Source: a virus (taxonomy: Duplodnaviria; Caudoviricetes). Taken from it: a DNA stretch of 56,702 nucleotides. The stretch spans positions 1 through 56,702 of the IMG/VR virus record IMGVR_UViG_3300035670_000255; one strand, written 5' to 3'. Made by a program: the position numbers and the translations under genes. This document shows, piece after piece, positions 1 to 9,501 of the stretch. Within the stretch, counting starts at the first letter, position 1; every line of letters starts with the position of its first letter. The notes under the pieces were generated by a model that was given only the letters and a program-made list of their open reading frames with translations, made no database searches and was not told the DNA's origin.

Positions 1-655
1 CCAATTTATCAGCAGTTAAGGTGCCATCGGGTGCGGCTGTAGCATTATCCGTTATGGTTGCATTTGTTTTAGTCCAAGCCGCATTATCAAACGCCTCAGA
101 CTGCAGCACCAAATTAGTCCGCACCTTCTCGATGTACCCATCAGGACCTACGCGAGTAGCAGTATCATTACTCCGAGTAAAAGCAAGCTGACCACTAGTA
201 GTCAAAGGACGCTCCGAGTACACAATACTCGTCTTGTACAGGCTCGGTACCATAACCAAGCTAGCCTTAGCGTAGTACTTGTCCAACAATGGAGCAATCG
301 CATCCTTAGCGCAGTCCGCAGCCTCAATAGTCGCTGCGTTAGTTTGTCCGTACTCATTGATGTACGCCCACACATCCTCGATGTCGGTGGGGCCTGCGAT
401 GTACGCAGTAAGGCTTCCGCTAGTTACGCTTACCTCAGTAAACAATCCATAGATGGTGGTGCCAGCATAAACGAACTCAGCCGTCAGGTCGTCTCCTAAG
501 ACGCTGACAGCAGTAACGTAGGAGTCCTCCTCTGCAACGAGTACTCGGTAGTACTCACCCTGAATGTAAAGCTGGTCTGTTGAGATAGTGCGCACCCCGT
601 TCTGCCCAAATCCTTGGAGCTGATAGTTGACGGGGTTATTTAGATTCGTGTACAT
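1..655 (-). CDS. Head-spike/fibre-like virion protein, N-terminal part (runs off window start; not in ORF track)
   Basis: Hand translation from ATG at 655: MYTNLNNPVNYQLQGFGQNG...QLAFTRSNDTATRVGPDGYIEKVRTNLVLQSEAFDNAAWTKTNATITDNATAAPDGTLTADKL, open to the edge; the FTR..ATR / RTNL..SE.F...W / APDGT.TADKL motifs are typical of phage spike/fibre proteins. Confidence 0.75.
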   Translation of the reverse strand, partial: MYTNLNNPVNYQLQGFGQNGVRTISTDQLYIQGEYYRVLVAEEDSYVTAVSVLGDDLTAEFVYAGTTIYGLFTEVSVTSGSLTAYIAGPTDIEDVWAYINEYGQTNAATIEAADCAKDAIAPLLDKYYAKASLVMVPSLYKTSIVYSERPLTTSGQLAFTRSNDTATRVGPDGYIEKVRTNLVLQSEAFDNAAWTKTNATITDNATAAPDGTLTADKL

Positions 656-658
656 AGT

Positions 659-1444
659 TTATTGGTTCTTGTATTTCCAAATGTATCCATACTTCGTTTT
701 GCACTCACCCCTACAGGCTTTTGCAATTGCTGATTTTTGCGTTCTAGATTTAAATGGTGTGGCCTCTACAGATTTATATTCTGCTACAAAGTTACCCTTT
801 ATATCAAATTGAAGAACTGGCTTTTCTTTGTCTCTATTTTTAGCATTAAACGCATTAACTACTTCATCTACAGTAATATCTGTAGACTCATACGAGAAAA
901 ATCGTTTTGAGCACAATTTTGTTTTTCCAAGCAGTACACTTAGTAGGTTGCCATAACCTATGCCAGTTGACTTAGATGCTGAAACAACGCTATCAAAACG
1001 AGATATTACATTCCCATTCTTATCGTATTCTAAGACAGCTTTTCTTTTCCCAACAGCCGAAGCTTCTTTTTGCTCTTCGGTAAATGCTCTTTTTTGAAAA
1101 ACGCACCCGCCAGAGTTGCCATTCATCAAAGTAAATCCAAAAGTCTTAAATAGTGATATGTAGTGCTTCTCCCAAAATGAAAATTCAGATTTTAAAACTC
1201 TATCAATCTCTACTATCTCTATATTTTCTTTATTGTTCAAAGCATCAAGTAACCAAATATCCTTCTTGGACATCTTAAGTTTGTTCTTTGAAAGGTATTT
1301 AGCTCTTGACTTATGAACTCTCAGTCTCCTATTTAAAGGATTTATTGTTCCACCAACATACAGATTGTCGTTACCAGACCTGCTAAGTAGGTAAACGCTA
1401 GCTAGGGCGATTTCATTTGTGTGTATGTTGTCTACGTAGTTCAA
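659..1444 (-). mobile_element. Free-standing GIY-YIG homing endonuclease with NUMOD1-like C-terminal repeats
   Basis: VYLL...LYVGGT..RLRVH..E..YI nuclease core; two V.qyD.nGn.i..f.S repeats; AT-rich relative to flanks; start codon uncertain (TTG). Confidence 0.8.
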
Positions 1445-1478
1445 GGCAAGAAAAAAGTGAAAGTGAAATACTACGTTG

Positions 1479-1486
1479 CAAATATA
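1479..1486 (-). promoter_or_regulatory. Bacteroidota-type -7 promoter box (TATATTTG)
   Basis: TAnnTTTG consensus just downstream of the portal stop and upstream of the endonuclease gene. Confidence 0.6.
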
Positions 1487-1489
1487 GGT

Positions 1490-3931
1490 TTATTCTCCAA
1501 GCAAAATTTTCATCACATCATCCTCCTGCTCTTCGGTAAGCTCAGGACGCTGTCCCTGACGCTGAGAGATAAGCTTGCTCTGCTCAATGGCCTGCTTCTT
1601 AACTCTCTCGTCTTTCCTGTCTTCTTTCTCTTGCTCAAGCTGTGCCTTCTGAGAAATAGCCTCCTGCTGCTGCATCGTGCTCATTCCAAGCTTCAATCGC
1701 TCAAGCTCCATCTTCAACGCGTACTCCTTGTCAAGGAGTTGCATCTTAGCGTTCTTGTCTGCTTCAATCTTAGCAAGCTCTACTTGGCTCTCAGCACCAA
1801 GCTCAGCAATCTTGCCCTGTGAGGCAGCCTGCGTAGTTTGGATATTCATCTGAGCCTGCATCTGAGAGTTCTGAGCTGCCTGCTCTTGCTTCTCTCTGAT
1901 GCGCTTCTTACGACGTACAACCAACAGCCTTTCAGCTTGGTCAACATCACGCAGCTGACGGATAGCGATAGCATCCTCAAGGTTAATCTCTCCAATAGAA
2001 AGAGCAGCCTGAATGTTAGCCTCCAAGTAAGCTCTGTCTCGGTCATTCATCTCCGTAACGACTCTAACGCCAAAGTTGTACATCGGCAAGTCCTTGAATG
2101 AAGACAGCACCTTCATATTCTCAATGCCAACAGCATTCTCGTATGCCTTAAACACTACGGATTGCGGAGGGAGAATCTGAAGACACTTAACGATGTCTTC
2201 GCACACCTTACGGAACAGAACCATCGAAGCGTTTGTGATGTCGTACAAAGCGTTGTTAGAGGCTTGAATAGCCTGCTCTCTTACGCCAACAAGTTGCTCT
2301 CCCTTCGGAGACGTTCCGTCCATTACCTCGTTGATACCCGTTGCATCACGAATCATACGAAGGTTGTGGTTGTAGATACCAATCAACTCGTTGATGTTTC
2401 TGATGCTGTTATCCAGTGGGCGGATTGGAGGATTCTGGAAGCTTCCGTCAGGATTCTTCGAGCGGTAGTAGAAGATACCCGTCTGCTCGTAGATGTCCTG
2501 AATCTCCAGTGGCTGTAGTTCGCCACCACGCCCAAGCTGTACGTTCTCAAGTCCTTCGATGTCTACAATCAGTCCATCAGGCTTAGCCTTAGCGATGGCC
2601 TGTTGCATCTTGAGGTGCGTAATCTGAAGCTGGTCTGCAAACGTAATAACGCTGCTAACCAAGCTCTTAGGAATCATACGACGCAGGTTAACAGCTACTG
2701 CGCTGTAGGAGAAGCGAGCACGGCTAAGGTCGTGGATGTTCTTTGGGATGTTCTTCTTAAGGCCGTAGTCAAACAGATAGTCTGTACCTACAATGTACTT
2801 ACCTCCGTAGATAGTAGCGTTCTGCATATACACTGGCTCACGGTCGTATACCGACTGAGATGGGGCCTTGTACTCGTATCCCTTGTAGTAGAATCCTACG
2901 TTACCAAAGCGAGATTCTTTCTTCTCAAAGACAATATCGTCTACGCTAAGGAACTCAAACTCCATCATAGCGATGGTGTACTGGTCGTATCCGTACTGGT
3001 AAACACCAAGAGCTGAATCGTAGTAGGACTCAGAAAGGCGGTCTGGGTTGTTGCCAAAGGTGTTAGCAACGCTCTGCGCCATCTGCTTGTACTGGTCTTC
3101 AGTGAACTGATTGCCAGCCATACGCTTGAGCTCCTGAATAGAGATGTTTCTGATGTGACCCATATAGGTGCAGTCACTCAGATTCGGGTCGTCAGTAATG
3201 CTGTGGATGAAGTACGCGGGGTCAACGTAGTCTTCTTTGATTCCGTAATTCGGGTCGTTGTTGCGCTTCACCACAGCCATACCAACGGTAACGAGGTCTT
3301 CTACGTTACGGCGGTAAATCTTCTCGTCAAAGTCATTCCAGTTAAGGGTCAGACGAGTAGCAATCTGAGCAGCAATCTCCGCTTGTGTTTTGATGCTGGT
3401 CTCAAAGAAAATCTCAGCCTCCTCGGTGGTCTCTGGAAGAGCGTCTGGGTCAACAGCTGTTTTAAGGCCAAGAGCCTTAGCCTCAGCGAACATCTCTTTG
3501 TTCTTAATTGCTGCCTTAATCTTAGCACGTTCTCTATCCTTCTCCGTTTGAGAAAGAGGGTCAATGGCCTCTACATTAGGAAAGGGCGCAGTGCCTAGAA
3601 TCTTGTTGACAACAATCTTTACAAACTTCGGAATGATGGGCACAGGTGACCAGTCAATAGACAGAAGTGCTCCGTCTCCGTTGTTTGGGTCAAGCGATGT
3701 AAGAATCTGCTTGTAGATGTTTGTGTCTTGGGTGCCGTTGGCATAATCCCTGTTAATCTGGAATTCCTTCCAGCGCACATTGTATAAAGAGCCTGTGGTA
3801 TTGACACCACCCCATTGAGAGTATACGCCTTTCGCATATTGCAACCCGTATTCTTTCGTGACCTTTCTGGCGTGATTTGCCAAAGGGTCAGGGAAGTTTA
3901 CGTTGCTACTCACATAATTGTAATCCGACAT
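1490..3931 (-). CDS. Portal protein
   Basis: ~810 aa, adjacent to terminase, coiled-coil Q/E-rich C-terminus; start moved to MSDYNY (ATG 3931) because a promoter box overlaps the ORF-track start. Confidence 0.85.
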   Translation of the reverse strand: MSDYNYVSSNVNFPDPLANHARKVTKEYGLQYAKGVYSQWGGVNTTGSLYNVRWKEFQINRDYANGTQDTNIYKQILTSLDPNNGDGALLSIDWSPVPIIPKFVKIVVNKILGTAPFPNVEAIDPLSQTEKDRERAKIKAAIKNKEMFAEAKALGLKTAVDPDALPETTEEAEIFFETSIKTQAEIAAQIATRLTLNWNDFDEKIYRRNVEDLVTVGMAVVKRNNDPNYGIKEDYVDPAYFIHSITDDPNLSDCTYMGHIRNISIQELKRMAGNQFTEDQYKQMAQSVANTFGNNPDRLSESYYDSALGVYQYGYDQYTIAMMEFEFLSVDDIVFEKKESRFGNVGFYYKGYEYKAPSQSVYDREPVYMQNATIYGGKYIVGTDYLFDYGLKKNIPKNIHDLSRARFSYSAVAVNLRRMIPKSLVSSVITFADQLQITHLKMQQAIAKAKPDGLIVDIEGLENVQLGRGGELQPLEIQDIYEQTGIFYYRSKNPDGSFQNPPIRPLDNSIRNINELIGIYNHNLRMIRDATGINEVMDGTSPKGEQLVGVREQAIQASNNALYDITNASMVLFRKVCEDIVKCLQILPPQSVVFKAYENAVGIENMKVLSSFKDLPMYNFGVRVVTEMNDRDRAYLEANIQAALSIGEINLEDAIAIRQLRDVDQAERLLVVRRKKRIREKQEQAAQNSQMQAQMNIQTTQAASQGKIAELGAESQVELAKIEADKNAKMQLLDKEYALKMELERLKLGMSTMQQQEAISQKAQLEQEKEDRKDERVKKQAIEQSKLISQRQGQRPELTEEQEDDVMKILLGE

Positions 3932-3952
3932 ACTAAAATATCCGTTATAGTG

Positions 3953-3960
3953 CAAATATA
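3953..3960 (-). promoter_or_regulatory. Bacteroidota-type -7 promoter box (TATATTTG) for portal
   Basis: Consensus match between the terminase stop and the portal ATG. Confidence 0.65.
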
Positions 3961-3969
3961 CAGATATAT

Positions 3970-6090
3970 CTAACGCCTGATTTCTCGACCCTTACGAAAA
4001 AACACTTTAGAGTTAAAGTCCGTCTTTGGCTTCTCCGCTGCAACTTTCTGAGCAGCAAGCAAAGCAAGCCCTGAAGAGATGGTCAAGTCAAACTTTGTTC
4101 GGTCGTCAATCTTGAAGTTAATCCAGTCCTCAAGAGTTCTGTTGAAGTACATATTGCTAAACTTACCAGTCTCATCATTGATGCCTACGTGATGGTGGAT
4201 GTACGACTCAATTGCCTGAGCGTGAGCCTGAATCACATCTTGGCTGTTGGATGGGATACCCTTTGTCTTTACGTTTACGTGTGACGATGTAGACGAAAGG
4301 TGAGCAGGTCTACCCATCAGATAACCATCGTAACCTCTTGATTCAAAGTATCTTACGATTCCGTATTTATTGTTTTCTACCAGCAGAGGAAACCCATAAA
4401 ACACTGAAGCCATCAGAACATCCTCATAGAATATCTTAGCCAGCGGAGGACGTGATGCATACTCAGCGACAAACATATTGGATGGGTACTGCATATTAAA
4501 CTTGGTAATCAAGTGACAGGCTCCCTTTGATGAGCGTCCATCCGTTGTAGCGTCAAGGTCATATGAGTCAACTCCACCGCAACCAAGAAAGTCGTTGGGT
4601 GCTACTTTCTGACCTCGCTCTACCTGTATCTTATTGCGTAGCTCTACAGGAGGCATCCACGTGATGCGCCATCTTCCGTTAACGTCTGGCTTAAAATGTA
4701 CCTTAGAGTCCTGCACTCCGTTCTCCCAATGGAAGTTTCCAATCACCACTGGATTAGGGAACAGCTCATCGTTGTATTGAATTTGCTCGTAAATCTTGGT
4801 GATGTTAAACAGCGATGCCTTCGTAGAGTCACGGAAGGCTTCATCCTCAGTAAACGGGAACTGACGAATAACCTCGTTGAGTTCGTAGCTGTTATGCTGC
4901 TGGCCCTTTCGCTCGTTCTTCAAGAACGTCCTAGCTCCTATCGAAGTAAACGTCCCATCTTCAGTAAGTACTGGCTTCTCTGGGTCGTCGACAATGGGCA
5001 TCCCGTACTGGTCAAAGAATCCTTCAAGCGCCTCATACGCAGGGATGAAGATTTTATACAGGCCACTCTTGGTGCGTCCGTTTTCGTTGCGCTCGTTTGG
5101 ATTTGAGTCGTAGTATAGGCTTCTGAACTCTCGGCCACCTCTGTCGAGCGGATTGACTGTTGAGCCAATCATTGCCTTGCCAATAACCCTACGACCTACA
5201 ATAAGACAGGTTCGATGGATGCGCCATATCTCTCTTACGTCAATACCTTTCTCGTACTTACCAGCCTCATCAAAGAACAGCCTATGGGTCTTACTTCCGT
5301 CATAGGCGTTGATTACCGTGTTCTTCCAGTTGATGATGGTATCAAGTGCCTCTCCACGAGTAGCCGTCTTATTGTTCTTGGTAATCCTCTTAGATGGCTC
5401 ACGGAACGCAAGCTCCATACGAGGGTTGGTGGTACCATCAATAACTGGAGCGAAGAAGAATGGGTAGCTCTTAAACACAGGAACAACCTTAGAGCCAAAC
5501 ACAGCTTCCTGAGCATCGGCACCTGTCTTGCTCATAATGCCGAGTAACTTATCCTTTACCTGAGAGCCCTCGTCCACCAAAGTGGCTGCGCTCATATTGG
5601 TATACCCAGAGCGTCGGCACTTGGTGTAAATCTGTCCAAGACATCGTGGGTCAGCCTCACAAGCCGCCAAGTGAATGAACAGCTTTCTCTGGAAGTCTAG
5701 ATAGCTTGGGTACCCGATGTCAATCTTACTCCACTGGATGAACATATAGTGGTGTCCCGTGATGTATGTAGGTACTCCGTTGTTGTAAAACCAAACGCCA
5801 TCTCTCCTTCTCCTGAACTCCTCCTCGATGTATGGGCCCCATCGGAGCTGAAACTCACGAGGAGACTCATACCAGTCGTCCATTGATTTAATCTGGTTGA
5901 GTTCTCTTGGTAACTCTTGACGTTGCCAGCGTTGGTTCTCCTTCTTGAGGTTATGGAACAGGATATCCTTCTTTGCTGGTTTAGCTGGTAGCTGAATGAA
6001 TAGAGATTCAAGCTCAATAACCTCTCCCTCTGTATCATTAGGGCAGATATTGATTACCTCCTTGTTCTTTATCATCTTCAGTCCCGCCAT
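3970..6090 (-). CDS. terL: Terminase large subunit
   Basis: Walker A-like KCRRSGYT, Walker B LFFDEAGK, coupling motif GST, RNase H-like nuclease GGVDSYD...FDLTIS. Confidence 0.92.
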   Translation of the reverse strand: MAGLKMIKNKEVINICPNDTEGEVIELESLFIQLPAKPAKKDILFHNLKKENQRWQRQELPRELNQIKSMDDWYESPREFQLRWGPYIEEEFRRRRDGVWFYNNGVPTYITGHHYMFIQWSKIDIGYPSYLDFQRKLFIHLAACEADPRCLGQIYTKCRRSGYTNMSAATLVDEGSQVKDKLLGIMSKTGADAQEAVFGSKVVPVFKSYPFFFAPVIDGTTNPRMELAFREPSKRITKNNKTATRGEALDTIINWKNTVINAYDGSKTHRLFFDEAGKYEKGIDVREIWRIHRTCLIVGRRVIGKAMIGSTVNPLDRGGREFRSLYYDSNPNERNENGRTKSGLYKIFIPAYEALEGFFDQYGMPIVDDPEKPVLTEDGTFTSIGARTFLKNERKGQQHNSYELNEVIRQFPFTEDEAFRDSTKASLFNITKIYEQIQYNDELFPNPVVIGNFHWENGVQDSKVHFKPDVNGRWRITWMPPVELRNKIQVERGQKVAPNDFLGCGGVDSYDLDATTDGRSSKGACHLITKFNMQYPSNMFVAEYASRPPLAKIFYEDVLMASVFYGFPLLVENNKYGIVRYFESRGYDGYLMGRPAHLSSTSSHVNVKTKGIPSNSQDVIQAHAQAIESYIHHHVGINDETGKFSNMYFNRTLEDWINFKIDDRTKFDLTISSGLALLAAQKVAAEKPKTDFNSKVFFRKGREIRR

Positions 6091-6093
6091 AGC

Positions 6094-6390
6094 CTATCGT
6101 CTTGCGTTGCGCTCAGCAAATCCAGCCTTAAAGTCTCTGTCTTCCTCAATACCTCCAGTCTCACGAAGGGTACGCACCATCTCCTCCAGCTTCTGACGCT
6201 CTTGGATTAGCTCCCTAGCGTCAACAGCTGTCTGCTTGATGGATTGGAGTTCGGCCTTGCGAGCCGAGCCATTGATATCTGGGTCAACTGGCTTCTTAAT
6301 CTCCTCAATCATATTGTTGATGGCTATCTCCATAGACTCAAGGAGCCTTTGGGCAGCGTCAACTGTGGTGAACTTAGCCTTTATAGCCAT
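6094..6390 (-). CDS. Putative terminase small subunit
   Basis: Small helical protein directly upstream of terL, ending GFAERNARR. Confidence 0.5.
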   Translation of the reverse strand: MAIKAKFTTVDAAQRLLESMEIAINNMIEEIKKPVDPDINGSARKAELQSIKQTAVDARELIQERQKLEEMVRTLRETGGIEEDRDFKAGFAERNARR

Positions 6391-6955
6391 AATCAACAGC
6401 TAGTAAGTGGTCAACATTCATACGCCAAAGCTTTTTGCCGTCAATCTCCATCTCGTAGTCCGCATCTTTAGCGAAATACACGATGTCACCCTTCTTTACC
6501 CCAATCTCAGCCAACGCTTCCGAGTCGCAATGGATGCGTCCGTAGCGGTTTGGCTCTGGGGTAAGGTTAACAAGCTCAAGTATAGAGCTTTTTAGGTGGT
6601 GAGGCTGAGGAATTGGCTCAACAAGTACCCAGTTAGTAAGCACCTGAAGTCCATCTTCGTTTTTAAAGGCGTAGCACTGGGTAGAAAAGCCACCGTCTGG
6701 GTGGTATCTAACCATAAATGTTTCCTTCTCTAGCTGATTTCCTTCGTCCATCGTTACGTGGTGATGAACATAAAGGATATCCCCGACCTTGACAGATGTT
6801 TTGTACTTCAATGGAACAGAAACTACTTCACCATAGGGGATGCGATGCTCAAACTCGTTGAACTTCGTTTCGATGTAGATTTCTACGTCTCCTATCTTTT
6901 TGGTGTCTTGTACTTTCTTGGGGATTTTTATAATGAATTTATCTAGGCAGTCCAT
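6374..6955 (-). CDS. GroES-like co-chaperonin (tandem GroES-type folds)
   Basis: GEVVSVP...VKVGDILYVHH and WVLVEPI...GVKKGDIVYF...YEMEIDGKKLWRM resemble Cpn10 motifs. Confidence 0.7.
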   Translation of the reverse strand: MDCLDKFIIKIPKKVQDTKKIGDVEIYIETKFNEFEHRIPYGEVVSVPLKYKTSVKVGDILYVHHHVTMDEGNQLEKETFMVRYHPDGGFSTQCYAFKNEDGLQVLTNWVLVEPIPQPHHLKSSILELVNLTPEPNRYGRIHCDSEALAEIGVKKGDIVYFAKDADYEMEIDGKKLWRMNVDHLLAVDYGYKG

Positions 6956-6960
6956 ATTGT

Positions 6961-7197
6961 TTAATTAAAATCACACGAATACTCTACAATAACAGATTGA
7001 TGCATAATTCGTTTCCATAGCATCAGTCCTCTGTCATCTTTAATGTAGATGTCGTACTTCTCCTTGCCGTATTTAATTAAGTAGCGTTCGTCAAGGACGA
7101 TGGAGTCAATCTTAGAGCGACCAACGTCTTGACCTACTACATAGGCAAGGCCTTTCAGTGGGTCTTGACCCACAACGATTTTTCTTATCAATTCCAT
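6961..7197 (-). CDS. Conserved hypothetical phage protein
   Basis: 78-aa ORF tightly packed in the late operon. Confidence 0.7.
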   Translation of the reverse strand: MELIRKIVVGQDPLKGLAYVVGQDVGRSKIDSIVLDERYLIKYGKEKYDIYIKDDRGLMLWKRIMHQSVIVEYSCDFN

Positions 7198-7200
7198 TGT

Positions 7201-7494
7201 TTAGTTCTTTAGCCAGAAGTCAACGCTAGAAGGGTCGTCACCGTCCTCGATGTCGTCATCAGTCCAGTTGTCGGCGATGTAGTTCAACACCGTCATCAAC
7301 TCTTCTTTGTTGTCTGCTTCAATTTTAGATATAGATTCAATTAAAAATTTGTCTTCGTGGTCGTGAACCACTCCAACGTTTGCAATCATCAGGAACTTAT
7401 CAATCAGACCAAGCTCTTCGGCTATTTCGCATATCTCGTCTAGCTTTGCTTGAGCCCTGATAAGGAACTCCATAGTTGTAGGGTCGCTCGGCAT
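7201..7494 (-). CDS. Hypothetical acidic protein
   Basis: TAATG overlap with the upstream gene; acidic tail. Confidence 0.7.
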   Translation of the reverse strand: MPSDPTTMEFLIRAQAKLDEICEIAEELGLIDKFLMIANVGVVHDHEDKFLIESISKIEADNKEELMTVLNYIADNWTDDDIEDGDDPSSVDFWLKN

Positions 7495-8399
7495 TACAGC
7501 TTGCGAATGTGGAATACGCTAAACTCGTTGAGATTTGCTGTTGCAGCAGAGGCTAATGACCTTATGGAAACAACATCTCCAGCGGCTCCGTTGATAATGG
7601 TTGACTGAGTTAGGAAGTGGTCACTGATTGTAGCAAAGCGAGTTTGAGAAGTTCCAACTACGGAGCCGTTGATATCGAAGTAAAACGTAACGTCTGTGTT
7701 GGTGGATGAGGTTGTAATGTCTGCAGAGAGTGTAATCTCATACAGGCCATCCACATTAAAACGGAATGATGTTAGGTTTCCTCCGTATACGTTACCTAAT
7801 GTGTATACTGTTGACGCGTCTCCAATTAGCACAGTGTCTCCTCCTCCAGTACCAACGCTAGCAAAGTCAAGGTATACTGCTGAGGTGGTGAGGTTAATGG
7901 TTGGCTTAACGCGAGCAACAACCTCTGGTGCTGATTGATATGCGTTTGGATTGATGAGTGCAGCAAGCGAAGAGTAGTCGATACGCTTCCACGTGGTGAG
8001 CGAAGCATCATAGATAAGGAATCTGTCACCTGACGCAGGGGTGCCGATATCAGAGATGGCTGATGGGTTTGCAAGACGAACATCAGAGCCTGATACCCCA
8101 AGAGGAAGCGATGCCGTGGTCAACGCACCCCCAGTAAACGCTGCAGCATTGAGGCTGCGCTCAACTACTTGGTTGGATGCGTTAAGCATAAGTGCTTTAA
8201 CCTCTGTTGACCCAGTAGCTGGAGGAGTTGGAAACTCAAGGGTTCCGTTGATACCTACCTTTCCCGTGCCAAGCTGCAATGCAGTGGCTACTCCATCACC
8301 AGACTCTACGTTCTTAAGAGAGGTGGTGGCGGTGTTGGTGGCTAGCTTCAGCAGTGAAGCAAATGCATCTTTTACCTTTTGGCCTGATAATGTTGCCAT
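7494..8399 (-). CDS. Tail fibre/spike-like structural protein
   Basis: G/T/S/A-rich; C-terminal beta-sandwich resembling BclA/C1q (DGLYEITLSA...GDVVSIR...FHIRKL). Confidence 0.55.
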   Translation of the reverse strand: MATLSGQKVKDAFASLLKLATNTATTSLKNVESGDGVATALQLGTGKVGINGTLEFPTPPATGSTEVKALMLNASNQVVERSLNAAAFTGGALTTASLPLGVSGSDVRLANPSAISDIGTPASGDRFLIYDASLTTWKRIDYSSLAALINPNAYQSAPEVVARVKPTINLTTSAVYLDFASVGTGGGDTVLIGDASTVYTLGNVYGGNLTSFRFNVDGLYEITLSADITTSSTNTDVTFYFDINGSVVGTSQTRFATISDHFLTQSTIINGAAGDVVSIRSLASAATANLNEFSVFHIRKL

Positions 8400-8405
8400 A
8401 TTCAA

Positions 8406-8423
8406 TACTTTTGTACAAATATA
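8406..8423. promoter_or_regulatory. Overlapping promoter pair: TACTTTTG (+, 8406-8413) and TATATTTG (-, 8416-8423)
   Basis: Two consensus TAnnTTTG boxes in the 38-bp gap between divergent genes. Confidence 0.6.
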
Positions 8424-8437
8424 GAGTTTAATTTAAG

Positions 8438-8890
8438 ATGGCTAAGCACACGCAAAAGAACAAGGCGCGTATGTTTCGGGAGTCCAGCAGATTACCTGAC
8501 AGCGCAATATCACACGAAGGACTTAAGCACCTCGGAATCACATACCACTACTTCCGTAAAAGGTTTGGGCTTACAATGGGACAGCTACACCTTATGCTGT
8601 TGGTGTACGACCTTGAGTTTTTCACAACCGACTACGCCTGCAAGCAGATGCGTATGTATCGAGGTATGTTCTACAAGAGAAACATCCTTCCACTTATAAA
8701 AGCAGAATACCTATACCATCACTTCCGTCAGACAAGCCCGTCGTTCCATAGTATGGAGGACTTAATGTTCTATGGTGAGACGCGGTTCTCGTACCGTTCT
8801 CGTATGGCGCTTACCCAGAAAGGCAGGATGCTGGTAGCTAGGTTTTACCGAAGTGCTGCTACTGGCGCTTTGCCTGATTTGGATGAGTAG
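8438..8890 (+). CDS. Putative winged-helix (MarR-like) DNA-binding protein
   Basis: FGLTMGQLHLMLLVY...L.K.EYL...MALTQKGR pattern; the only credible plus-strand gene in this late block and it has its own promoter. Confidence 0.55.
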   Translation: MAKHTQKNKARMFRESSRLPDSAISHEGLKHLGITYHYFRKRFGLTMGQLHLMLLVYDLEFFTTDYACKQMRMYRGMFYKRNILPLIKAEYLYHHFRQTSPSFHSMEDLMFYGETRFSYRSRMALTQKGRMLVARFYRSAATGALPDLDE

Positions 8891-9041
8891 TGATTACCTT
8901 AAACGGCATCTCTAGCGCTGCTCCTTCGTGGGGAACAAACTCTCCTTTGTGGGGCATAAGGTAATAGCGACCCTTGTCGTTCATCCAATGGTAGCCATCA
9001 GGGGCTTTTACCATTACCTTACCTTTCTTCTTTGCTTTCAC
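8859..9041 (-). CDS. Small basic hypothetical protein
   Basis: VKAPDGYHWM...YYLM motif; start uncertain. Confidence 0.6.
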   Translation of the reverse strand: MKAKKKGKVMVKAPDGYHWMNDKGRYYLMPHKGEFVPHEGAALEMPFKVITTHPNQAKRQ

Positions 9042-9153
9042 CGAGTAGTCTGTTTACAAGTTGGTGGTTTACAGCACCAATAGATGAGCGTCCTGCGCTA
9101 ACTCTTTTAATGCCGCGTGTACTTGTTCCGCGCTTTTTTGCTGACTTTGCCAT
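9019..9153 (-). CDS. 44-aa basic protein (not in ORF track)
   Basis: MAKSAKKRGTSTRGIKRVSAGRSSIGAVNHQLVNRLLGESKEER; starts 1 nt after the upstream stop. Confidence 0.55.
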   Translation of the reverse strand: MAKSAKKRGTSTRGIKRVSAGRSSIGAVNHQLVNRLLGESKEER

Positions 9154-9154
9154 C

Positions 9155-9259
9155 TTAACTACCGCAGGCCTCGCAGTCCTCTGGATTGTCGATGTTGCAC
9201 GTAGGTTGATTGGCTTCCTCTAGCTCGTTGAGCCAGTTGTCAAAGTTGTTGTCGCTCAT
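9155..9259 (-). CDS. 34-aa acidic CxxC peptide resembling the C-terminal tail of ribonucleotide reductase alpha (not in ORF track)
   Basis: MSDNNFDNWLNELEEANQPTCNIDNPEDCEACGS; ATGA overlap with the upstream gene; fills the gap exactly. Confidence 0.75.
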   Translation of the reverse strand: MSDNNFDNWLNELEEANQPTCNIDNPEDCEACGS

Positions 9260-9501
9260 TTCTTTGCTCTGTTTTTGGATGCGGAAATCATTTTACGTTC
9301 TGAGTGGTCGAAGTCCATACCATCACCATTCCCATAGGTGCCCATACGTCTGTTTACCTTATTAAGGAAGGCTCGGTACTTCTTTCGTTCTTCGGAAGAG
9401 TGGTATTCTTTGTTGTACGCATTCTTCTTCTCGCGAGCCTCTGGGTTCTCACGGAAGTACTTAGCTGATTTGGACAGCTCTCTTTTGTTAATCTTCGCCA
9501 T
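9256..9501 (-). CDS. Small basic protein with degenerate HNH-like C-terminus
   Basis: GNGDGMDFDH...S.S.NRA motif; K/R-rich. Confidence 0.6.
   Translation of the reverse strand: MAKINKRELSKSAKYFRENPEAREKKNAYNKEYHSSEERKKYRAFLNKVNRRMGTYGNGDGMDFDHSERKMISASKNRAKK

Noticed and set aside
659-1489. Possible group I intron around the GIY-YIG gene (also considered for 10483-11106 and 55712-56146)
   Set aside because: Flanking genes have their own starts and stops, the endonucleases abut them with almost no spacer, and no P7-type core is visible
1421-6946. Many plus-strand ORFs of 60-150 aa opposite portal/terminase (similar ones lie opposite the giant, tail and capsid genes)
   Set aside because: Antisense shadows of codon-biased genes: L/V/S-rich, no motifs, no promoter or coupling
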